DNA of 42,027 bases from Verrucomicrobiota bacterium (GTDB lineage: Bacteria; Verrucomicrobiota; Verrucomicrobiia; Limisphaerales; UBA9464), in contig JBDLQQ010000140.1 in NCBI GenBank assembly GCA_039800465.1, positions 1-42,027 of the forward strand. The letters are read 5' to 3'. The position numbers and the translations under genes were made by a program. A model generated the notes under the pieces. It saw only the letters and a program-made list of their open reading frames with translations. It did no database searches and was not told where the DNA came from. Below are positions 34,639-42,027 of this stretch, piece after piece. Each line of letters starts with the position of its first letter. Position 1 is the first letter of the stretch.

Positions 34639-37533
34639 CTATTCCTTGGTGATGGTCTCGTCGAGGTTCAGCAGCACGCGGCTCACTGTGGTCAGAGCCG
34701 CCAGTTGGCTGGGGGTGGTGCCCGGTGGGAGCTGTGGCGCTGAATCCGCCCCGGTGGCCAGTTCTCTGACGTCCAGCCACCCGTCGGCGAGTCGACGGCG
34801 CTGGCGCCCCAGCAGCGCCAGAAGCTCGGCCTTCTCGGCGGGCTGTGGCTTGCGGGAGAGGACCTGGCGGAAGGCGTAGATGATGTGCTGTTCGTCCGTC
34901 GTGCCACCGTCCCGGAGGGTCCGGGCGGCCAGCGCGCGCGCCGCCTCCATGAACTGGGTCTCGTTCAGGGTGGTCAGGGCCTGGAGCGGGGTGTTGGAGC
35001 GGGCGCGCCGGACGCACGAGAAGTCGCCGTTGGGGGCATCGAAATTCATGAGCACCGGATACGGCACGCTCCGGAACCGGAACGTGTAGAGGCTCCGGCG
35101 GAACCGGTCCTTGCCCTTCTCCTCGGTCCAGACCTTCGGACCATAGCTCGCCGGCGGCTGGAACAGGAACTCCGGGGCGGGTGGGTAGACCGCCCGTCCG
35201 CCGAGTTCGGGGTTCAGGAGGCCGCTCACCGAGAGGGCGATGTCGCGGACGATCTCGGCCTCGACCCGGACCCGTGGTGCGCGGGCGAGGAGACGATTGT
35301 AGGGGTCCCGCTCGAGGCCCTGTGGCATTACTCGAGAGGATTGCCGGTAGGTCTCGGAGGTGACGATCAGCCGGTGGAGCCGCTTGAGGCTCCAGCCGTT
35401 GTCCATGAAATCGCAGGCCAACCAGTCGAGGAGCTCCGGGTGGGAGGGCTGGGGGGACTGGAGCCCGAAGTCCTCGGGAGTCTCGACGAGGCCGGTGCCG
35501 AAGTAGGCCTGCCAGACTCGGTTCACGGCGACCCTTGCGGTGGTGGGCGACCGCCGGTCGGTCAACCATCGGGCCAAGGTGAGCCGCGATGCATCGGCAT
35601 TGGCTGGCAGGGGGTTCAGGAACGACGGCACGCCGAAGGCGACCTCCTTGCCCGGCTTCAGCCAATCGCCCCGCTGGAAGAGTCGGTTCGGTCGGGGTTC
35701 CTCCCCGGCGCCCGTGCCGGTGCGCATCGCCAACACGAGGGTGGGGGTGCCCTCCGGCCATTGGCGCCAGAGCGACTCGATCCGTGCGTTCGACTCCTGG
35801 AACCCCGGGACCGTGGTCCTCCAGTGGCTGAACAGGGTCGCCACCTGGGCTGGGCTGCGCCGGTCTCCCGGGATGGCCAAGACCTCACGCACCCGGGCCG
35901 GCACCGTGTCGGCCACCGCATTCGTTTCGGCCGCGACGCTCAGCCGCCACCGCCCGAGGTTGTGGTTCTGGTTGTCGTCGGAATTGTCGCCCCCGTGCTT
36001 CTGGTGGAGGAGGAACTTGAGGATCGCTCCCCTCGGGAAGGTGATCGGCTTGTCGGGGATGAACACCGCCTGTCGGGCCACGTTGCGGCGTCCGGGACCG
36101 GCGTCGATCCCCCATGCCGTGTCGTCCTTGCCGTCGATCGCGTGGGCCACCGGCCCGTAGGTCCGCTTGTCGCCGTCCTTGCGATTGCGGCTTTCCGACT
36201 GGAACTCGGGCTCGAGGAGACGTTCCTCGTTGGAGAAGTCGGCGGTCGCCTTGACGAATTTCACCACGACCTTGTTGGTCGGGTTGGTCACGTCGGTGGC
36301 CTCGACACCGAACTCGCTGAGCGCCGACATCCCCTTGATGGACCGCCCTGGCCCCCCGCTCGGCAGGTTCGGATCCGGCAGCTGTTCCAGGCGGAAAGCC
36401 CCGATCTGCGGCAGTCCGTTCGTGCCCAGAAACTCGGCGGTCCAGAAGGTCGGTGCATAGCTCGCCGCACGGACCGAGCCATCCGGATAGTGGTAGAACC
36501 GTTCCCCGTTGTCCCCGGCGTTCCGGGTCTCGACCACCTGCCAGGCTGGTCCAGGTGCCTGCAGGGCCTTCTCCCACGCCGCCATCTGTTCCTTCCAGTC
36601 CGGGGTCCGATGCTGCAGATCCGCCTCGAGTTCACGGATCCGACGCGTCAGGTCGGCCACCAGTGACTGCTGCCTGGGAGTGTAGTAGACCCGGCTGGAT
36701 TCATGGTCGTTGTTGAGGAACGAGAAGAGCCGGAAGTAATCCTCCTGCGACATCGGGTCATACTTGTGATCGTGGCACTGGGCGCACTGGATGGTGACCC
36801 CGAGGACGGATTTGCCGATGGCATCCATGCGGTCGATGAGCCCGTCCGTCCGGAACTGTTCCGGGTCCACGCCGCCCTCCTCGTTGAGCATGGAGTTCCG
36901 GAGGAATCCCGTCGCGACCCGCTGGTCGTCCGTCGCCCCCGGAAGGAGGTCGCCAGCGATCTGCTCCGTGATGAACTGGTCGTAGGGCAGGTCCCGGTTC
37001 AGCGCGTTCACCACCCAGTCGCGGTAGGCCCAGATGAACCGGGGCTTGTCCTTCTCGAACCCGTCGGAGTCGGCATACCGCGCCGCATCCAACCAGTGGC
37101 GCCCCCAGCGTTCTCCGTAGTGGGGCGAGTCGAGCAGTTCCTCGACCTTCCTCGCATAGGCGACTGACGGCCGTTCCTTGAGAAAGGTGTCGACCTCTTC
37201 AGGAGTCGGGGGAAGTCCGGTGAGGTCGAGGTGCAGTCGACGCAGCAGGGTGACCCGGTCGGCCGGCGGGGAGGGCTTGATCCCTTCCTTCCGGAGCCGG
37301 TCTCGGATGAAGGCGTCGATCGGGTTGGAGGCCGAGGGACTCCCCTTTGGGATTTGCGGCCGTACGGGTGCTCTCCAGGCCCAGTGTTCCCGTCGCTGTG
37401 CATCACCGGGGACCGGGGCGGCTGCCGCGGCCGGGAGGATCTCGGGGAGGCAGGCGAGGCCGAGTGCCGCGAGGCACGCGAGTCTTCGGGAATCCATGGT
37501 GGGACGTTCGTCGATGGGACTCGGTTTTTCCAT
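34639..37533 (-). CDS. PSCyt2/PSD1 protein (DUF1549 + DUF1553)
   Basis: DUF1549 block: NPIDAFIRDRL...LLRRLHLDLTGLPPTPEEVDTFL. CAQCHDHKYDP motif. DUF1553 end: RRSLYTFRFRSVPYPVLMNFDAPNGDFSCVRRARSNTPLQALTTLNE. An alternative start is ATG 37497 (MDSRRLACLAAL...). Confidence 0.85.
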   Translation of the reverse strand: MEKPSPIDERPTMDSRRLACLAALGLACLPEILPAAAAAPVPGDAQRREHWAWRAPVRPQIPKGSPSASNPIDAFIRDRLRKEGIKPSPPADRVTLLRRLHLDLTGLPPTPEEVDTFLKERPSVAYARKVEELLDSPHYGERWGRHWLDAARYADSDGFEKDKPRFIWAYRDWVVNALNRDLPYDQFITEQIAGDLLPGATDDQRVATGFLRNSMLNEEGGVDPEQFRTDGLIDRMDAIGKSVLGVTIQCAQCHDHKYDPMSQEDYFRLFSFLNNDHESSRVYYTPRQQSLVADLTRRIRELEADLQHRTPDWKEQMAAWEKALQAPGPAWQVVETRNAGDNGERFYHYPDGSVRAASYAPTFWTAEFLGTNGLPQIGAFRLEQLPDPNLPSGGPGRSIKGMSALSEFGVEATDVTNPTNKVVVKFVKATADFSNEERLLEPEFQSESRNRKDGDKRTYGPVAHAIDGKDDTAWGIDAGPGRRNVARQAVFIPDKPITFPRGAILKFLLHQKHGGDNSDDNQNHNLGRWRLSVAAETNAVADTVPARVREVLAIPGDRRSPAQVATLFSHWRTTVPGFQESNARIESLWRQWPEGTPTLVLAMRTGTGAGEEPRPNRLFQRGDWLKPGKEVAFGVPSFLNPLPANADASRLTLARWLTDRRSPTTARVAVNRVWQAYFGTGLVETPEDFGLQSPQPSHPELLDWLACDFMDNGWSLKRLHRLIVTSETYRQSSRVMPQGLERDPYNRLLARAPRVRVEAEIVRDIALSVSGLLNPELGGRAVYPPAPEFLFQPPASYGPKVWTEEKGKDRFRRSLYTFRFRSVPYPVLMNFDAPNGDFSCVRRARSNTPLQALTTLNETQFMEAARALAARTLRDGGTTDEQHIIYAFRQVLSRKPQPAEKAELLALLGRQRRRLADGWLDVRELATGADSAPQLPPGTTPSQLAALTTVSRVLLNLDETITKE

Positions 37534-37687
37534 GGCAAAACAGCTCCTGGTCCCGAGTTGGGTTTCTCCGGGATCCCCGCATTCGACAGTTTAATTCCTT
37601 GCATCATGGCTCATCGGAATCCGGGTCCGCAGGTCGTTTCACTTTTCCTTTGCCACGCCCCGGTCGACCACAGGAGCCTGACAGGCG

Positions 37688-39301
37688 ATGAAGTACATCT
37701 TCGTGACAGGCGGTGTCGTGAGCTCCCTCGGCAAGGGGCTCACCGCGGCGGCATTGGGGACTCTCCTCGAGAACCGCGGGCTGAAGGTCACGCTCCAGAA
37801 GTTCGATCCCTATCTGAACGTCGATCCCGGGACGATGAGTCCCTTCCAGCACGGCGAGGTGTACGTGCTGGACGACGGCGCCGAGACCGATCTCGACCTC
37901 GGCCACTACGAGCGGTTCTCCAACTCCAAGCTGTCCCGGCGGAACAACACCACCAGCGGACAGGTCTACCAGCAGGTCCTCGACAACGAGCGGGCCGGCA
38001 AGTACCTGGGCAAGACGGTCCAGGTCATCCCGCACGTCACCGACGAGATCCAGCGTCGGATCAGCCTGCTGGCCGACGAGTCCAAGGCCGACATCGTCAT
38101 CACCGAGATCGGCGGGACGGTCGGCGACATCGAGGGGCTGCCGTTCCTCGAGGCCATCCGCGAGTTCGCCCTCGACGTCGGCCCCCACAACGTCTGCTTC
38201 ATCCACGTCACCTACATCCCTTTCATCAAGGCCGCCGGCGAACTGAAGACCAAGCCGACCCAGCAGAGCGTCGCGAAGCTCCGGGAGATCGGCATCGCGC
38301 CGAACGTCCTGGTCTGCCGCTGTGAGCACCCGCTCAACAAGGAGCTGCGCCACAAGCTCAGCCTCTTCTGCAATGTGCCATTCGACGCCGTCGTCGAGGA
38401 GAAGGACGTCGACCATTCCATCTATGAGGTCCCCCTGATGCTCCAGCGGGAGCGGATGGACGACCTGGTCTGTCGTCAGCTCCAGCTCGACGTGCCTCCG
38501 GCGAACATGGCGCATTGGCAGGACATCATCCGGCGGCTGGTCGCACCCCAGAACCGGGTCCGGATCGGCGTCGTTGGCAAGTACATCGAGCTCCAGGATG
38601 CCTACAAGTCGGTCTACGAGGCGCTGACCCACGGCGGCATCGCCAACGACTGTGGGGTGCGGATCGAGCAGATCGACGCCGAGGACATTGAGAAGCATGG
38701 GGCTGAGAAGATGCTCAAGGACCTGTCGGGCGTGCTCGTGCCCGGGGGGTTCGGGGAGCGCGGGACGGAGGGCAAGATCATGGCGGCCCGCTTCGCCCGC
38801 GAACGCGGGCTGCCCTACCTGGGCCTGTGCCTGGGCATGCAGATCGCCACGATTGAGTTCGCCCGCAACGCTCTCGGCCTGGAGGGGGCCCACTCCACCG
38901 AGTTCAACCCGAAGACACCGCACCCGGTGATCTGTCTGCTCGAGGAGCAGCGGGGCGTCACCCAGGTGGGCGGCACCATGCGGCTGGGATCGCAGCCATG
39001 CCGGCTCAAGCCCGGCTCCCGGGCCCATCAGCTCTATGGCGCTCCGCTCATCCACGAGCGGCACCGCCACCGGTACGAGTTCAATGGATCCTACCGGGAG
39101 CGCTTCGAGCAGGCGGGCTTCAGCATCAGCGGGACCTCACCTGACGGGGATCTGGTCGAGATCATCGAGATCGAGCGGCACCCGTTCTTCGTGGCCTCCC
39201 AGTTCCATCCCGAGTTCCTGAGCAAGCCCACCGCGCCCCATCCGTTGTTCCGGGGGTTTGTCGCGGCGGCCCTCGAGCGGAGCCATGGGAAGGTCGCCTG
39301 A
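37688..39301 (+). CDS. pyrG: CTP synthase
   Basis: [17 protein letters not shown]; [32 protein letters not shown]; GLCLGMQ (glutaminase Cys); QFHPEF. Confidence 0.95.
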   Translation: MKYIFVTGGVVSSLGKGLTAAALGTLLENRGLKVTLQKFDPYLNVDPGTMSPFQHGEVYVLDDGAETDLDLGHYERFSNSKLSRRNNTTSGQVYQQVLDNERAGKYLGKTVQVIPHVTDEIQRRISLLADESKADIVITEIGGTVGDIEGLPFLEAIREFALDVGPHNVCFIHVTYIPFIKAAGELKTKPTQQSVAKLREIGIAPNVLVCRCEHPLNKELRHKLSLFCNVPFDAVVEEKDVDHSIYEVPLMLQRERMDDLVCRQLQLDVPPANMAHWQDIIRRLVAPQNRVRIGVVGKYIELQDAYKSVYEALTHGGIANDCGVRIEQIDAEDIEKHGAEKMLKDLSGVLVPGGFGERGTEGKIMAARFARERGLPYLGLCLGMQIATIEFARNALGLEGAHSTEFNPKTPHPVICLLEEQRGVTQVGGTMRLGSQPCRLKPGSRAHQLYGAPLIHERHRHRYEFNGSYRERFEQAGFSISGTSPDGDLVEIIEIERHPFFVASQFHPEFLSKPTAPHPLFRGFVAAALERSHGKVA

Positions 39302-39317
39302 TCCGACCTCGGGCGGT

Positions 39318-39614
39318 TCAGCGTCCGAGGAACACGAAGGCGAACCCGATGGCGGATGCCGCCAGCAGGACCAGGGCGGTGATCCACCAGAGGCCTGCCA
39401 GTGGACGCCTGGGCGGCTGACCCGATTCCTCCCGCTCCCACGCCTCGTGGTCGAAGTCGTCTGGATCCTCGATCCCCAGCCGCTGCTCGACGGCGGTGTC
39501 GTTCCACCCCGTCTCCTCGTCGGCCCCGCACTCCGGACAGGCCAGCGCACCGTCCGGCACGTCGGCCCCGCAGTTTGGACAGGCCTCTGGGGTCTCGCGC
39601 TTCGGACGGGGCAT
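39318..39614 (-). CDS. zinc-ribbon protein with acidic linker and C-terminal TM anchor (98 aa)
   Basis: MPRPKRETPEACPNCGADVPDGALACPECGADEE (CxxC...CxxC), then an acidic stretch, then LAGLWWITALVLLAASAIGFAFVFL. Only the last 98 codons of ORF 39318..40421 are credible. The rest overlaps the upstream gene out of frame. Confidence 0.55.
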   Translation of the reverse strand: MPRPKRETPEACPNCGADVPDGALACPECGADEETGWNDTAVEQRLGIEDPDDFDHEAWEREESGQPPRRPLAGLWWITALVLLAASAIGFAFVFLGR

Positions 39615-39646
39615 CGGGGGGATCAGGCCTTCGCGGACATGGACGC

Positions 39647-41110
39647 CTACTTCGAGAGGAAGCCCTTCGGCGTGGAAGCCGGCTTGGGATCCGGGAACGG
39701 CAGATGCCGCGGTGTCACCACGACGTCGGTGGTGAGCTTGAGGGGCGTTGCCGCCCCGACGTCGAAGCTCAGTTCGGCGAAGTAGGCCGTCCATCCCGAC
39801 TTCGGTTCGGGGACGTTCGCGACGTAGACGCCAGGGGAGGACTCCGTGATGGGCACCGACTTGTAGACCGGCCCCGCGACCTCGAGGCGGAAATCCCGGA
39901 CCGATTCGTTGTGGCCCGTCCACAGCACCACCTCTGCGGGCTTCGTTTCCGTCCTGAGCGTGAGGGTGCCGTGGGATCCGTGGGTCCAGGTGAACCGCGG
40001 CAGCGGAACCTTGTGGGCGATGGCGAACTGCCAGGCCAGGAGGGTCTCGTAGGCGTCGCTGTTCCGCATGGAATGGTCGGTGTTGGCGACGTAGCGGAGG
40101 TATTTGGGACCTGGCAGCTCGTTGAAGTAGAACTGGGAGGAGTCGGGCAGGAAGAACTGGTCCCCGGCCGCGTTCAGCACCAGCTTCGGCATGGTAAGGC
40201 GGTCCCGGTAGGAGAAGGGGTCCTCGATCCTGTCGAGGGCGGCGATCTCGGGCGTGTCCTGCCAATCGAGGATGCGGTGCTGCTCGGCGTAGTTCCCGAC
40301 GGCCGGGGCGTAGAACCCGTAGGCCCGGTAGTGGTGCTTGATGGACTGGGCCATGTTGAGCACGTCGATGACGATCGGGCAGATCGCGACCACGCGCCGG
40401 TCGACCGCCGCGGTCGTCCACGTGGTCCAGCCGCGCTTGGAGCCGCCGGAGACGACGTAGGTGTCCACCGTCGCCTTGCCACCGGCCTCCGAGCCCAGGA
40501 ATTCCGTGATCGCGTCCATCGCCCGGACCGCGGCCTTGGTCATCGGGAGCCGCGCCGGCCAGGTCTCGTCGCCCGTCCGCAGGAACTTGTCCCAGGTGTA
40601 GGCGATGAGGTCGTCCTCCACGCGCGGGCTGCCGTCGTTATTGAAGACCAGTGGCTGGTTCGGGACCATCTTGAGCTCAGCGACGACGCACCGGGTGGCC
40701 TTGGCGATCCGGATCAGCTCGGCCGAAGGGGTCGGGGGCTTGTTGCCCTTGTTGCTGCCGCCCGAGATGAAGAGCAGACCCGTCGTGTGGGCGAGGTTGT
40801 CCGGCTTCACCACCAGCAGCCAGTGGCGCCAGACATTCTGGTCGACCTCCTGCGGCGTGCGCCAGGTCTGCGAGGTGAGGTCGATCGCATAGCCGGTCGC
40901 GCTCTCGTCCCGCAGCGAGACTACCATCTTCCACGCGTAGCTCGGATCCGGCTTGGCGACATAACGGTCGAGCGCGGTCTGACGATCCGTCGGGACGGGT
41001 CTGGAATCGGCCGCGAGGTTGGATCCCAGCAGCAGGCTTGCAAGGAGGAGACCTGTGATCCGCAGGCCGGCGAGGCCGGCCCAGCCGGTGGGCAGGGGGA
41101 GGGGACGCAT
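39647..41110 (-). CDS. PhoPQ-activated pathogenicity-related (PqaA-type) alpha/beta-hydrolase-like secreted protein
   Basis: Signal peptide, then ALDRYVAKPDPSYAWK and VVSGGSKRGWTTWTTAAVDRRVVAICPIVIDVLN. These match my recollection of the PhoPQ_related family. The assignment comes from memory of motifs only. Confidence 0.6.
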   Translation of the reverse strand: MRPLPLPTGWAGLAGLRITGLLLASLLLGSNLAADSRPVPTDRQTALDRYVAKPDPSYAWKMVVSLRDESATGYAIDLTSQTWRTPQEVDQNVWRHWLLVVKPDNLAHTTGLLFISGGSNKGNKPPTPSAELIRIAKATRCVVAELKMVPNQPLVFNNDGSPRVEDDLIAYTWDKFLRTGDETWPARLPMTKAAVRAMDAITEFLGSEAGGKATVDTYVVSGGSKRGWTTWTTAAVDRRVVAICPIVIDVLNMAQSIKHHYRAYGFYAPAVGNYAEQHRILDWQDTPEIAALDRIEDPFSYRDRLTMPKLVLNAAGDQFFLPDSSQFYFNELPGPKYLRYVANTDHSMRNSDAYETLLAWQFAIAHKVPLPRFTWTHGSHGTLTLRTETKPAEVVLWTGHNESVRDFRLEVAGPVYKSVPITESSPGVYVANVPEPKSGWTAYFAELSFDVGAATPLKLTTDVVVTPRHLPFPDPKPASTPKGFLSK

Positions 41111-41166
41111 CGCTCTCGATGCTGAGTCCAGCGCCTCCCGGGATCGAGTGAAAAGCCTGTCCGGGC

Positions 41167-41760
41167 TCAGACGAACTCGTGTTCGCCGAGGCGCACGACG
41201 AGTACGGGGCAGGGTGCGTGGCGGACGATCTTCTCCGCGACGCTTCCGAGGAGCGCGTGCTTGATCCCGGTGAAGCCGTGGGTGGAGACGATCAGGAGGT
41301 CCGCGGGGAGGGTGCGGGCGGCGTCGGTGATCTCCTTCCAGGCCCTGCCGAGGAGCACCTTCGACTCGACAGCGACCCCGGCACCCAGGGATTTGGCCAG
41401 GGTGCGCAACTCCTTCCCGGCTCCCTCGAGCCGCTGCTCCTCGAGGTCGTTGGGCAGGATCGGCACGTAGCCGAAGTCGTTGGTGACGACGACCGGCTCT
41501 ACCACGTGCAGGAGGCAGATCTCCGCCTCGAACTGCTCGGCGAAGTGGCGGGCGTACAGGATCGACTCCTGGCAGTTCGGCGAGAAGTCCACCGGGACAA
41601 GGATCTTCCGGAGGTGGAAACGGTTCGGGGTGAGCTGGAGGGCAGGTGCCGAGGCGACCTGCCTCCCGGATGTGTTGGTAATCACCAGCCGGGCGGTCGA
41701 GTTGCCGTCCGCGCTGCCGGTGTTCTTCGGTGATCCGAGGGACTTCTTCTTGTTCTTCAT
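41167..41760 (-). CDS. universal stress protein (UspA family) with a ~50-aa N-terminal extension
   Basis: KILVPVDFS...LLHVVEP...DLLIVSTHGFTGIKHALLGSVAEKIVRHAPCPVLVVR is the canonical Usp ATP-binding C-terminal motif. ATG 41760 was chosen over the ORF-track start 41955. Confidence 0.8.
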   Translation of the reverse strand: MKNKKKSLGSPKNTGSADGNSTARLVITNTSGRQVASAPALQLTPNRFHLRKILVPVDFSPNCQESILYARHFAEQFEAEICLLHVVEPVVVTNDFGYVPILPNDLEEQRLEGAGKELRTLAKSLGAGVAVESKVLLGRAWKEITDAARTLPADLLIVSTHGFTGIKHALLGSVAEKIVRHAPCPVLVVRLGEHEFV

Positions 41761-42027
41761 GGCGTGTGGGGTCGTGTTTCCAAGGCGTGGGGCTGGTGTC
41801 TGTCTCGGTGTGTAGGCTGGATCGCCGCGACGCCTGCCGCTTCCCGGGAATTGCCCAACAACGCCCCGGGGTTGTTGTCTCAGAACAGGTCGCTCCTCAG
41901 GGGTGAAGGGCGTTCCCGCCCAGCTGTGAGGGACGGATCTGGCCTCGGAAGCCACACCAAGGCTTGCGGCTGTCGGACGCCCGCCCTAGACGTTACCGGG
42001 TGACCGGGACCGAGAATGAACAGCTCC

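Noticed and set aside
41862-41883. The CAACAAC...GTTGTTG inverted repeat upstream of the usp gene.
   Set aside because: It is a 7-bp stem with an 8-nt GC loop in a leader or promoter region. There is no second copy and no recognisable riboswitch or operator context.
1-42027. I looked for tRNA or rRNA genes, CRISPR repeat arrays, IS elements, integrases, prophage genes, toxin-antitoxin pairs and known defence-system genes.
   Set aside because: None was found by eye in intergenic spacers or in the ORF translations. A tRNAscan, Infernal or CRISPR-finder run would be needed to exclude small RNAs formally.

Overview
This is a GC-rich chromosomal segment. The long stop-free antisense and out-of-frame ORFs in the track are composition artefacts. 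Gene content points to the PVC superphylum, Verrucomicrobiota- or Planctomycetota-like. The markers are PSCyt1, PSCyt2/PSD1 and DUF1501 proteins, a PVC-type heme-binding 'membrane-bound dehydrogenase' protein and a PEP-CTERM protein.

I can support about 33 protein genes:
- Housekeeping genes: gcvP 3' end, ispA, phrB, pyrG, an amidase and a glycosylasparaginase.
- A pair of overlapping hybrid histidine kinases.
- A Wzx/Wzy-type glycan locus that is unusually rich in methyltransferases, ending next to an insulated PEP-CTERM gene.
- Several conserved-unknown PVC cassettes.

The only mobile element is an apparently intact bacterial class C (IIC) group II intron at about 1017-2918. It sits directly behind the gcvP rho-independent terminator, in the convergent gap before ispA.

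I saw no tRNA, rRNA, CRISPR array, transposase, integrase or recognisable defence or toxin-antitoxin module. I cannot point to a clear-cut novel system. The best candidates for undescribed biology are three:
- the secreted heme-c/WD40 + 2xPPC operon tied to ispA;
- the methyl-rich glycan locus with its PEP-CTERM neighbour;
- the DUF1501/PSD1 pair.

All family assignments come from motif recognition by eye, not from searches. Many start codons were moved inward from the ORF-track maxima and remain uncertain.
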